Source: an uncultured Blautia sp.
GTDB taxonomy: Bacteria; Bacillota; Clostridia; Lachnospirales; Lachnospiraceae
DNA length: 64,000 nt
Direction: 5' to 3'
Assembly (NCBI GenBank): GCA_934373235.1
Contig: CAKROW010000008.1
Span: forward strand, 1,039-65,038
The notes below the pieces were generated by a model that was not told the DNA's origin, did no database searches, and saw nothing but the letters and a program-made list of their open reading frames with translations. Positions 9,407 through 18,135 of the stretch are shown here, in pieces; position 1 is the stretch's first letter; every line of letters starts with the position of its first letter. The translations under genes were made by a program, and so were the position numbers.

Positions 9407-11269
9407 TTATCCCCTTTTCTTTCCCATTCCCGGAAGTGGTTTCAGGGAATAATTCCATTTGGTAAGTGAAAGATTCTTATTGTAGTACGGATCTCCGTTT
9501 TTGAGAATGTCGATCCAGTGGCAGCGCATGTACTCGATCTCCGACTGGAATCTGCGTATCTTTTCCTCGCTGTCCTCTGTACCTCTGGACTTGGATTCAT
9601 AATGGTAAAGCCTTACATAGGGATCATATACAATAAGATGCCCGTTTTGGCGTACCTTCAGACAGAGATCCACATCATTAAAAGCAACAGCCAGTTCCTC
9701 TGTAAAGCCACCCGCCTCCTGAAAAACAGCTTTCTTCATCATCATACAGGCCGCAGTCACACAGCTCATATCCTGAAGAAGAGATGCCTTGTGGAGATAG
9801 CCTGTACGGTCCCCGGGCATATTCACGAACATATTCCCCGCGATTCCGCCGATTCCCACCACACAGCCTGCATGCTGAATGGTATTGTCCGGATAAAGAA
9901 GCTTGGCTCCCACTGCTCCAACCTCCGGTCTCTGGCATACACCGAGAAGCTCCTGGATCCAGTCCGGTTCCAGAACCGTCACATCGTTATTCAGGAACAG
10001 AAGATAATCTCCTTTTGCGCTTCTCACACCGAAATTATTGATAGCTGAATAATTAAACTCCTTTTTCCAGCGGACAAGATGAATCTTTGGATTCACAAAG
10101 AGTTCCTTATAATATTGGAAGATCTCATCTGTGGTACTGTTATTCTCCACAATGATGATCTCATAATTGGTATATGTGGTTTTGGTAAAAACAGACTCCA
10201 GACATGCCTGAAGTGTTTTTTTCTCGTCCTTGTTTGGAATGATAATGGACACAAGAGGCTGACCCTGCACCGGATATTTCACCCTGTAAAAGCCGAAATC
10301 CCTGGTATGCTCCACAGTTCCCGGTGTACCTGTACGCAAAAGATTACCCTCAATGGCTCTCTTTCCTGCTTCAAAGGCATACATCTTGCTTGCCGGATTG
10401 TCTGCTGTGGAGGATTTGTGTGTCCTCCAGTGATAAAGGATCTCCGGGATATGGACGATCTCCCTGGCTTCCTCCACACAGCGGAAAATAAAATCATAAT
10501 CCTGTGCTCCGTCAAATTCCCTGCGAAAGCCTCCTGCTTTTTCCACAATGGATCTTCTCACAACAAGAAAATGGCAGATATAATTGTTGGACCTTAAAAG
10601 ATCCAAGCTGAAATCCGGCTTGAAATGAGGCTGGAAATGCTCGGAAAGGTCTGTTGTAACCTTATCCTCATCCGAATAGAACACATCGCCTTCCGGATGT
10701 TCCTCCATAGCTTTCACCATCTCATAAAGTGCGTCAGGAGCCAGAAGGTCATCATGGTCCAGAAGACCCACAAACTCTCCCTCTGCCATGGAAAAAGCCT
10801 CATTGGTATTCTCTGCAATCCCCAAGTTCTCCTCCAGATCCTTATGTCTGATGCGGCTGTCTTTCTTCTCATATTCTGCCAGCACAGCAGTCATTGTCTC
10901 ATCTTCCGGACTGCCGTTTGCCATACAGAGCTCCCAGTTACTGTAGGTCTGCGCCTCCAGGGAATCCAGAAGCTGTCTCAGGAAAAGCTCCGGTGTCTTA
11001 TAAGCCGGTACCACAATACTGATCAGCGGTTCATTCTTAAACTTATGCTTCCGTTCCTTCTCAAGCTCTTCCTCTGTTGGCCTATACGCTTCATACCAGG
11101 GTCCGTAGGGAACTTCCTCCGGCTCAAAGCGTTCATGGAGGCGTACCCAGAATTCCTTCGGGCCGTAATGCTTCAGATAACGCCAGCCCTTCCGGATAGT
11201 GTACGGAGACAATTTCCTGAAAAGTCTCGTCCACTCTATATTGCCTCCTGTTGAATTATTTTTGCTCAT
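9407..11269 (-). CDS. Tandem two-domain GT2 glycosyltransferase (paralog 1 of 3)
   Basis: Two GT-A modules: ISIVVPAYKT..DHDD and VSIIIPNKDE..FLNNDVTV. Conserved C-terminal GDPYYNKNLSL. RBS GGAGAA. Confidence 0.85.
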   Translation of the reverse strand: MSKNNSTGGNIEWTRLFRKLSPYTIRKGWRYLKHYGPKEFWVRLHERFEPEEVPYGPWYEAYRPTEEELEKERKHKFKNEPLISIVVPAYKTPELFLRQLLDSLEAQTYSNWELCMANGSPEDETMTAVLAEYEKKDSRIRHKDLEENLGIAENTNEAFSMAEGEFVGLLDHDDLLAPDALYEMVKAMEEHPEGDVFYSDEDKVTTDLSEHFQPHFKPDFSLDLLRSNNYICHFLVVRRSIVEKAGGFRREFDGAQDYDFIFRCVEEAREIVHIPEILYHWRTHKSSTADNPASKMYAFEAGKRAIEGNLLRTGTPGTVEHTRDFGFYRVKYPVQGQPLVSIIIPNKDEKKTLQACLESVFTKTTYTNYEIIIVENNSTTDEIFQYYKELFVNPKIHLVRWKKEFNYSAINNFGVRSAKGDYLLFLNNDVTVLEPDWIQELLGVCQRPEVGAVGAKLLYPDNTIQHAGCVVGIGGIAGNMFVNMPGDRTGYLHKASLLQDMSCVTAACMMMKKAVFQEAGGFTEELAVAFNDVDLCLKVRQNGHLIVYDPYVRLYHYESKSRGTEDSEEKIRRFQSEIEYMRCHWIDILKNGDPYYNKNLSLTKWNYSLKPLPGMGKKRG

Positions 11270-11324
11270 ATTTTTTCTCCGTATTACTGTTATGATAGGT
11301 TATTTTACCATTACAGCATTTTTT

Positions 11325-11354
11325 TTGCAAGGAACAGGGAAAATGTGTTATACT
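11325..11354 (+). promoter_or_regulatory. Candidate sigma-A promoter for the plus-strand PBP5-like gene
   Basis: TTGCAA(11325-11330), 18-nt spacer, TGtTATACT (TATACT = 11349-11354). RBS AGGAG lies 9 nt before the ATG at 11390. Confidence 0.55.
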
Positions 11355-11389
11355 GAGTGCATTCCTAAAGACTACAGGAGCATAAAATA

Positions 11390-13036
11390 ATGAAAAATAA
11401 AAAATTAAATACCATTCTTCTGGCACTGGGGCTGTCTGCCTCCCTGTTTTTCCAGGCACCGGTCTTTGCCACAGAGGACCCGGACTTTACAGATACCTCC
11501 TCTGAAGATGATCCTGCCTACGATGATACCGGCAGTGATTCTGATGATTCCTCAGATGATTCCTCAGATGATTCTTCTTATGACAGCGACGGAACCATTG
11601 AATATCTTTCAGATTCTGATGCTTCCACAGATGAGGATACTTCCGGAAGTGAGGATACTGAAAGCTACGACACCGGCGATACCGGTACCTCTGACACAGA
11701 TAATACGGACGGCACCGCAGATTCCAGTGATACAGCAGGCACGGACTCCGGTACTGCCACCACAGACACCACACAGACAGAAACAGTGTCCACAGAGGCT
11801 GCTTCCACAGAAGCTGCTGCCACTGACACCCCGGAGCAGACCGAAGCCTCCCAGGGAACAGATACCCAGGCAGCCACTGACAGCACCGCAGCTTCCCAGG
11901 GCATTACCACCAACTCCATCAGCGGATGGCCACAGGGTCCGGAGATCACCGCAGAATCAGCAGTGATCATGGAAGCTTCCACAGGCACTGTCCTCTATGG
12001 CAAAAATACAGACATTACTCAGCTTCCGGCTGGTACAGTCAAGATCATGACCTGTCTCCTGGCTCTTGAGAACAGTCAGCTTACAGATACCGTCACCATG
12101 ACAGAAACCGGTGTTTCCGGCGTAACAGACGGAGGGGCAAGCCTTTCCTCACAGCTTGGCGAGACCTTCACCATGGAACAGTGTCTTTACGCCATGATGG
12201 TAGGTTCTGCCAACGATGTGGCTCTCCAGGTAGCCGAGCAGATCAGCGGATCCGTGGACGCCTTTGTTGCTGCCATGAACCAGCGGGCCAGCCAGCTTGG
12301 CTGTACAGATACGGTATTTACCAATCCCACCGGACTTCCGGACGATAATCAGCATACCACTGCCCATGACCTTGCGCTGATCATGCAGGCAGCCATCCAA
12401 AATGACAGCTTCCGCACCATTGTCAGTGCCACAAGCTATACGATCCCGGCTACCAACATCTCCGCAGGTGTCCGTAACCTTACCAGTACCTTTACCATGA
12501 ACAATTCCGGAGCAGCCACTTTCTACGAAGGCTGCATCGGCGGCAAGGAGAGCACAGCTACCGCTTCCGGAACCACACTTGCCTGCGCTGCTGAGAAAAA
12601 CGGTGTCACACTCATCGCCATACTCCTTAAAGGTACTGCCGGACAGACTGACAGCGAAGCCGCTTCTCTTCTGGATTACGGATTTAACAACTTCCAGCTT
12701 CTGGACATTGGAAATGATGATTTCAATATCCTTTCCGGTGGAACTGTTATGGTTCCCGCCGGTGCCACAGCAGCAGATCTGACCACTCAGGATACTGAGG
12801 ACAATAACCAGATCAGCCGCCAGTATTTCTTCGGCGGAACACAGGTGGGTACTGCAGTAGTGGAGGATATCAAAGACGAATCCGGATCTGACACCCAGAT
12901 CAACGATACCAACATGGAAGAGGCGAAGGCTTACTCCCAGAACAGATCCAGAGTTCCCTATTACCTTATCGGAGGAGCTGGTATCCTTCTGCTCCTTCTT
13001 CTTATCTGGCGCCTTGTAAGGGTTCTTAAGAAATAG
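11390..13036 (+). CDS. PBP5/DacA-like (peptidase S11 fold) protein lacking the catalytic serine; probable pseudoenzyme
   Basis: Alignable by eye with the paralog at 25655-27013. SxxK reads GTVK (GGT at 12032-12034), SxN is retained (SAN), KTG reads KES (12545-12553). Signal peptide, ~140-aa D/S/T-rich N-terminal region, C-terminal TM anchor. Confidence 0.8.
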   Translation: MKNKKLNTILLALGLSASLFFQAPVFATEDPDFTDTSSEDDPAYDDTGSDSDDSSDDSSDDSSYDSDGTIEYLSDSDASTDEDTSGSEDTESYDTGDTGTSDTDNTDGTADSSDTAGTDSGTATTDTTQTETVSTEAASTEAAATDTPEQTEASQGTDTQAATDSTAASQGITTNSISGWPQGPEITAESAVIMEASTGTVLYGKNTDITQLPAGTVKIMTCLLALENSQLTDTVTMTETGVSGVTDGGASLSSQLGETFTMEQCLYAMMVGSANDVALQVAEQISGSVDAFVAAMNQRASQLGCTDTVFTNPTGLPDDNQHTTAHDLALIMQAAIQNDSFRTIVSATSYTIPATNISAGVRNLTSTFTMNNSGAATFYEGCIGGKESTATASGTTLACAAEKNGVTLIAILLKGTAGQTDSEAASLLDYGFNNFQLLDIGNDDFNILSGGTVMVPAGATAADLTTQDTEDNNQISRQYFFGGTQVGTAVVEDIKDESGSDTQINDTNMEEAKAYSQNRSRVPYYLIGGAGILLLLLLIWRLVRVLKK

Positions 13037-13067
13037 CAGACAGTCCTCTGTCTTATACCCGAAAATC

Positions 13068-13130
13068 AAAGGATCCCCCGGATCTGTTTCCGATTCTGTA
13101 AGAACTTGGAAATAAATCCGGGGGATCTTT
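13068..13130 (-). terminator. Long-stem hairpin terminator directly after the yfhO stop
   Basis: AAAGGATCCCCCGGAT(13068-13083) pairs with ATCCGGGGGATCTTT(13116-13130): 15 bp, one bulged G, 32-nt loop. The minus-strand downstream flank is TTTGATTTTC. Confidence 0.5.
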
Positions 13131-15641
13131 CTATACGTTTCTCTCAGTCAAAGCTTTTGGCCTTTTTTTTGTAAAAAAATATACAAGATATATAATATAC
13201 ACACACCAGAATACTCCGGAGCCTGCAACACCTGCCTTTAATCCAGGTGCCCGAAAAGTAAGTTCGATCTTATGATCTCCTGCCTTTACCTGACAGCTAC
13301 TGAATCCAAGATCACTTTTCAGGATCTCTGTCCGCTTTCCATCTACAGTAAGTTCCCAGCCATTTTCGTAAGGGATCATAAACTGAACATATCCATCCCT
13401 CTCTGCATGGACGGAGGCTTCCACTCTGGAATCCTTTTCGGGAACTGACACTGTTACTGTGGAATGATCCTCTCCCCCTTCTTTTTTCAGGTTCTGGAAT
13501 TCTTTCATGGAGCTTACATCTGCTCCATTCTCCACAGCTACCGCACCATCCAGCAGTTCCTGTCTGGTATCCTCACTGCAAAGAGCTCTGAAGCTTTTCT
13601 CTGAGATGGCAGTACTGTAAAATCCGGCTACAGATGCCTTCTCCACATTTTCGTAAAGATAGATTCCCGCAAACTGCTGAACCAGCTTGTATTTACTGCT
13701 GTCCAGATTTTTGTCCCTGGAAAGAAGGTATCTGACACCCAGGAAAGCGCCAAGCCAGTTGTCATCTGCCACTTTCCAGTATGCCAGCTTGTTCTGGTCC
13801 CCACAATAAAGTTCCGGATAACAGGTATCCACAAATTCCTTGAGATTGCCGTTCATCACTGAATTGTAGGTACTGATACCCCGGTAGTTCTGTCCTGCGC
13901 TGTCCATGGCAAAGGTAGCTGACATATAGTCCTTTTCCACCCTGTAAAATTCCCGGTCATATGATTCCAGCCAGATAAGGGCATCCTGAAGATCCTGCCT
14001 GTAAAGCTCGCGGAAATAACTCTGGGGCTGGTTAAATTCTGCCCTTGCGCTGGTTTCCCCGTCTTTGGACTCTCTTTGCTTCAGATAGGTATCTGTGGCA
14101 GTTTCAAACTGTTCCACCGGAGTATCTGCCTTTCTCAGATAGATCCTGTCCTGGAAGGTTACACCACCCTCGGAAACCACATTGATGATAAATGCAGCAG
14201 TAAGGATATAAACCACAGTCCTCTGCATAACACTCCAGCCGGAACCGCTGTTTTTCTTTTGGGGAATCCGGTTCCACAGGATCAGCACTGCTGCCGTTAC
14301 AGTTCCTGTCACTGCTGCCACAGCCACATTTGCTCTGTATTCACTGAAAAGGCTCCAGCTATATCCGTTAAAACATACCCAGATAAGTACCGCCTCTGTC
14401 ACAGCCACTGCCGGGATATTGGCTTTTTCCCCTGCAAGAAGTCTGTCCCAGGTCCAGGCGGCAGCCATCAGCATAAACGGAAGAAGCACAAAAGTATAAC
14501 GGTTGGTACTTTCCGTAAAGGAATTATAGGCAATACCGCCAACCGGCAGAAGCACCAGGATCAGCATAAACAACGCACTGCCATATACTGCTTTTTTTAT
14601 CCGCTTGTTCTCATTTTTGCGGAACAGGATCAGGAACTGCACTGTAAGGAAAACTGCCAGCACAGAGCAGAACACCACAGGATCCTCATAATAATTAAGG
14701 TAACCGTGGAATTTTTCGTCTCCCAGTTCCTGAAGGTTCTGGAAGTTACTGGAAAACAGCCTGGTAATAAGACTTGCATAATATTCTTTACCGTAGGGGG
14801 TAAAACAGTTCCTGATAATGGCAGATATTCCCGCATCTTTCCCAAGCCTTGAAGAAACACCGGTGAGGACCAGGGCCGTAGGAAGAAAGATCCCAAGGCT
14901 CATTCCGATTCCCAGGATCATCTGAGCGCATCCCCCAAGGAATTTCTTTGCCCCGTCTTTTAAGGACAGGCCTTCCTTTGCACACAGACGGAAGATCATA
15001 TAAAATCCCACAGTTGCAAGGATCATATAGGAAAAATACACGCTTGTAAGCCCGCAGAAAAACGCAGCAACAGGAAAAAGCACACCGCTTTTCCTGTCTT
15101 TTATGTAATGCTCACAGAAGATCAGCATCAGCGGGAGGTAGATCGTCACTACCCCAAACTGATAATGCTGTCCCCAGATCATAAGATAGCCGCTCATTCC
15201 ATAGGCAAAAGCAGCAAGGAATTTTGCAGATCTGCTGAATCCATACTGGCTCAGGAACCAGTAAAACACAAGTCCTGCAAGAAGGATCTCAAGGATCATC
15301 ACCCACACAATAAAAAGAAGCATATGGGCGGTTCCCTTCACAAATCCCAGAAGATAAAGGATCCAGATGAACGGGTGGAACATATAATAGTTAAAAATAT
15401 TGATTCCCAGTCCATTGGTAAAATCCCAGTCTGTAAAGGTTCCGTTTTTCAGATGGTTTACCACATCTGCATACTGCATGGTATACTGCTGCCAGGTGTC
15501 TCCGCCAACGTCATTGAACATCAGCACCCGGTCACCAAAAACATAATCTCTGAATATAAAAAGGCAGGATGCCAGCAGTGCCACAAAAAGCACTGCTATC
15601 ACCAGCCCCTCCCTTTTTATCTTTTTTTTATCTTTTATCAT
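13131..15641 (-). CDS. yfhO: YfhO-family GT-C membrane glycosyltransferase
   Basis: 836 aa with many TM helices. N-terminal pattern FGDRVLMFNDVGGDTWQQY...GLGINIFNYY is typical of YfhO. Large extracytoplasmic C-terminal domain. Confidence 0.85.
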   Translation of the reverse strand: MIKDKKKIKREGLVIAVLFVALLASCLFIFRDYVFGDRVLMFNDVGGDTWQQYTMQYADVVNHLKNGTFTDWDFTNGLGINIFNYYMFHPFIWILYLLGFVKGTAHMLLFIVWVMILEILLAGLVFYWFLSQYGFSRSAKFLAAFAYGMSGYLMIWGQHYQFGVVTIYLPLMLIFCEHYIKDRKSGVLFPVAAFFCGLTSVYFSYMILATVGFYMIFRLCAKEGLSLKDGAKKFLGGCAQMILGIGMSLGIFLPTALVLTGVSSRLGKDAGISAIIRNCFTPYGKEYYASLITRLFSSNFQNLQELGDEKFHGYLNYYEDPVVFCSVLAVFLTVQFLILFRKNENKRIKKAVYGSALFMLILVLLPVGGIAYNSFTESTNRYTFVLLPFMLMAAAWTWDRLLAGEKANIPAVAVTEAVLIWVCFNGYSWSLFSEYRANVAVAAVTGTVTAAVLILWNRIPQKKNSGSGWSVMQRTVVYILTAAFIINVVSEGGVTFQDRIYLRKADTPVEQFETATDTYLKQRESKDGETSARAEFNQPQSYFRELYRQDLQDALIWLESYDREFYRVEKDYMSATFAMDSAGQNYRGISTYNSVMNGNLKEFVDTCYPELYCGDQNKLAYWKVADDNWLGAFLGVRYLLSRDKNLDSSKYKLVQQFAGIYLYENVEKASVAGFYSTAISEKSFRALCSEDTRQELLDGAVAVENGADVSSMKEFQNLKKEGGEDHSTVTVSVPEKDSRVEASVHAERDGYVQFMIPYENGWELTVDGKRTEILKSDLGFSSCQVKAGDHKIELTFRAPGLKAGVAGSGVFWCVYIIYLVYFFTKKRPKALTERNV

Positions 15642-15642
15642 A

Positions 15643-18087
15643 CTATATCCTTTTCAGGGAGAAATCCTGGCTCTCCAGGGTTAAATTCGGGTTGTAGTAA
15701 GGATCTCCGTTTTTCAGGATATCCGGCCAGCGTCTCTCCATAGTCGCGATCTCTTTCTGGAAACGTTCGATCTTTTCCGGTGTATCCTCCAGACCTCTGG
15801 ACTTGGACTCATAGTGATAAAGCTCTGCATATGGATTATACACAACCAGATATCCGGCCTGCCGCACCTTGAGGCAGAAATCAATATCATTAAATGCAAC
15901 CGCCAGCTCCTCTGTCAGGCCGCCAACCTTATCGAACACAGATTTTTTTACCATCATGCAGGCAGCGGTCACTGCGCTGTAATCCTGTGCCGTGATGATC
16001 CTGTGACAGTAACCTGTTGAGCTTCTCGGCTGCTGTACAAAGCAGTGTCCCGCAATTCCCCCGAAACCGATCACAACGCCCGCATGCTGAATGGTATTAT
16101 CCCCATAGTACATACGTGCTCCCACGATCCCAACATCTTTTCTCATGCAATAGCCAAGCATCTCCTCGATACAGTCGGCATTGATCATCTCTGTATCGTT
16201 GTTGAGCAGAAGATAATATTCTCCGGATGCTTCCCCTGCACCAAAATTATTGATGGCAGAATAATTGAAACCGCCTTTGTAATATACAACCTTTACCTTT
16301 GGATTCTTCTTTTCCAGCTCTTTGTAGTACCGGAAGGTTTCCTCCTCTGTGCTGTTATTCTCAATGATCACATATTCCACATTTCTGTATGTGGACTTCT
16401 CCTCAATGGCAGAAATACATCTGTCAAGATCATCTTTATGATCCTTGTTGGGGATCAGGATGGAAACCAGGGGATCATTTTCTCTTATGAACTTTGTCCT
16501 GTAAAGTCCCAGGAACTCTCCATGGCGTACCTCAGCTTTCACGCCGATCCTGTCGTAGTGCGCCTGTACAGCACGAAGTCCCGCCTCAAAAGCATAACGC
16601 TTGCTTTCCGGATTCTCAGATGTGGAGTTCTCATGGCATCTCCAGTGGTAACAGATCCTCGGAACATGGGCGATATGGGTGGTGTTTTCCACACAGCGCA
16701 GGATAAAATCATAGTCCTGTGCACCGTCATACTCCGGTCTCAGCACTCCAACCCTGTCAACCAGGCTGCGTTTTGCCACAAAAAGGTGGCAGATATAATT
16801 TACAGAACAGAGCAGATCCAGGTTAAAGTCCGGCTTGAAGTTTGGCTGGAAAAATTTATGTCCGTCCATAGACATTTTATCCTCATCTGTATACACAACC
16901 TCTGTACACGGATCTTCATTGATCTTCTTCACACACTGGAAAAAGGCATCCTCTGTAAGCACATCGTCATGATCCCCGAAGGCGATCCAGTCACCGGTAG
17001 CTATCTCAATGGCAGCATTGGTGTTTTCTGCGATCTTAAGAGGCTCTTCATGGGAGACAACCCTGATCCTGTCATCTGAAGCTTTCAGCTCCTCAAGGAT
17101 ACCGGCAATTGGGGAATCTGCCCCGCTTCCGTCGGAAAGACACAGCTCCCAGTTACTGTATGTCTGATTTTTTACAGAATCCACAACTTCCCTTAAATAT
17201 TTCTCATCGGTTTTATATAAGGGCACAACAAGGCTGATCTTCGGCTGGATCTCAAAAGTAAGCTCTCTCTGGGCTCTTAACTCCTCCTCTGTCGGAAGAT
17301 GCTTTTTCAGCCAGTCATTGTAAACGATCGGACGGTCCTTCAGGGTAGTCAGCTTGTGGACACCTTTTTCCATCAGGGCCTTGGCACCGTGGATACGGAA
17401 ATACTGTATCCCCTTGCTTCCGTATTTTTTTACTTTGTTTTTCAGGATCACTGCCGGTTTCAGGCTTACCTTATGAACTGCGTTACACTCTTTTGTGTGG
17501 AACACAAGATACAGATCCTGGGTCTTGAGATCCTGGATCTCCATAAAAAAGCCGCATTTTGGCTCTACCGGAAACTCTTTGAACATTTCCACAACATCAG
17601 AACGGCTGGTCATCTGGATATCACAGGGGATCGGATTCTTCTCTTTGTCAAAAATGCGTATCTTCACCGGCTTAGCTGCAACCACCCAGCCTCGCAGCCT
17701 TACAGAGCCTTCCTTTGGATTGACAGTTTCTTCCTCAATAAAATACTGCGGCTTCTGCCATCTCTTTTTCAGCTCTTTGATCTTTATGGAAAACCACAGG
17801 ATCCTGTCATCTCCGGAAACTGCGTAAATACTTAAAACCTTGTATTCCGCAAAATTTTCAGGGAGCCTGACAGTCACTTCCACCATCTGGCCGCTCTGGG
17901 ATTCTCCGGTCTTAAACCGTTCAATGGCACTGGCAGGCTCCCATTCCTCCATGGAAGCCTCCAGGACATGTTCATCTGCACTGGCTTCCAGCCTGTATCC
18001 CCTTGGAAAATTTCCCTGAAGAAGATACGTATATTTGTCAGTAAGGCTGAAACGCTCACGCCTTACCTCCCATATCTCTTGACTCAT
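15643..18087 (-). CDS. Tandem two-domain GT2 glycosyltransferase with ~280-aa N-terminal extension (paralog 2 of 3)
   Basis: ISLVVPLYKT..DHDD and VSILIPNKDH..LLNNDTEM modules. C-terminal GDPYYNPNLTL. N-terminal beta-rich modules (VRLRGWVV..). RBS AAGGAGG. Confidence 0.85.
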   Translation of the reverse strand: MSQEIWEVRRERFSLTDKYTYLLQGNFPRGYRLEASADEHVLEASMEEWEPASAIERFKTGESQSGQMVEVTVRLPENFAEYKVLSIYAVSGDDRILWFSIKIKELKKRWQKPQYFIEEETVNPKEGSVRLRGWVVAAKPVKIRIFDKEKNPIPCDIQMTSRSDVVEMFKEFPVEPKCGFFMEIQDLKTQDLYLVFHTKECNAVHKVSLKPAVILKNKVKKYGSKGIQYFRIHGAKALMEKGVHKLTTLKDRPIVYNDWLKKHLPTEEELRAQRELTFEIQPKISLVVPLYKTDEKYLREVVDSVKNQTYSNWELCLSDGSGADSPIAGILEELKASDDRIRVVSHEEPLKIAENTNAAIEIATGDWIAFGDHDDVLTEDAFFQCVKKINEDPCTEVVYTDEDKMSMDGHKFFQPNFKPDFNLDLLCSVNYICHLFVAKRSLVDRVGVLRPEYDGAQDYDFILRCVENTTHIAHVPRICYHWRCHENSTSENPESKRYAFEAGLRAVQAHYDRIGVKAEVRHGEFLGLYRTKFIRENDPLVSILIPNKDHKDDLDRCISAIEEKSTYRNVEYVIIENNSTEEETFRYYKELEKKNPKVKVVYYKGGFNYSAINNFGAGEASGEYYLLLNNDTEMINADCIEEMLGYCMRKDVGIVGARMYYGDNTIQHAGVVIGFGGIAGHCFVQQPRSSTGYCHRIITAQDYSAVTAACMMVKKSVFDKVGGLTEELAVAFNDIDFCLKVRQAGYLVVYNPYAELYHYESKSRGLEDTPEKIERFQKEIATMERRWPDILKNGDPYYNPNLTLESQDFSLKRI

Positions 18088-18135
18088 GTTTTTCCTCCTT
18101 CACACAGTCGGTATTTTCTCAGAGTCTGACAGGCT

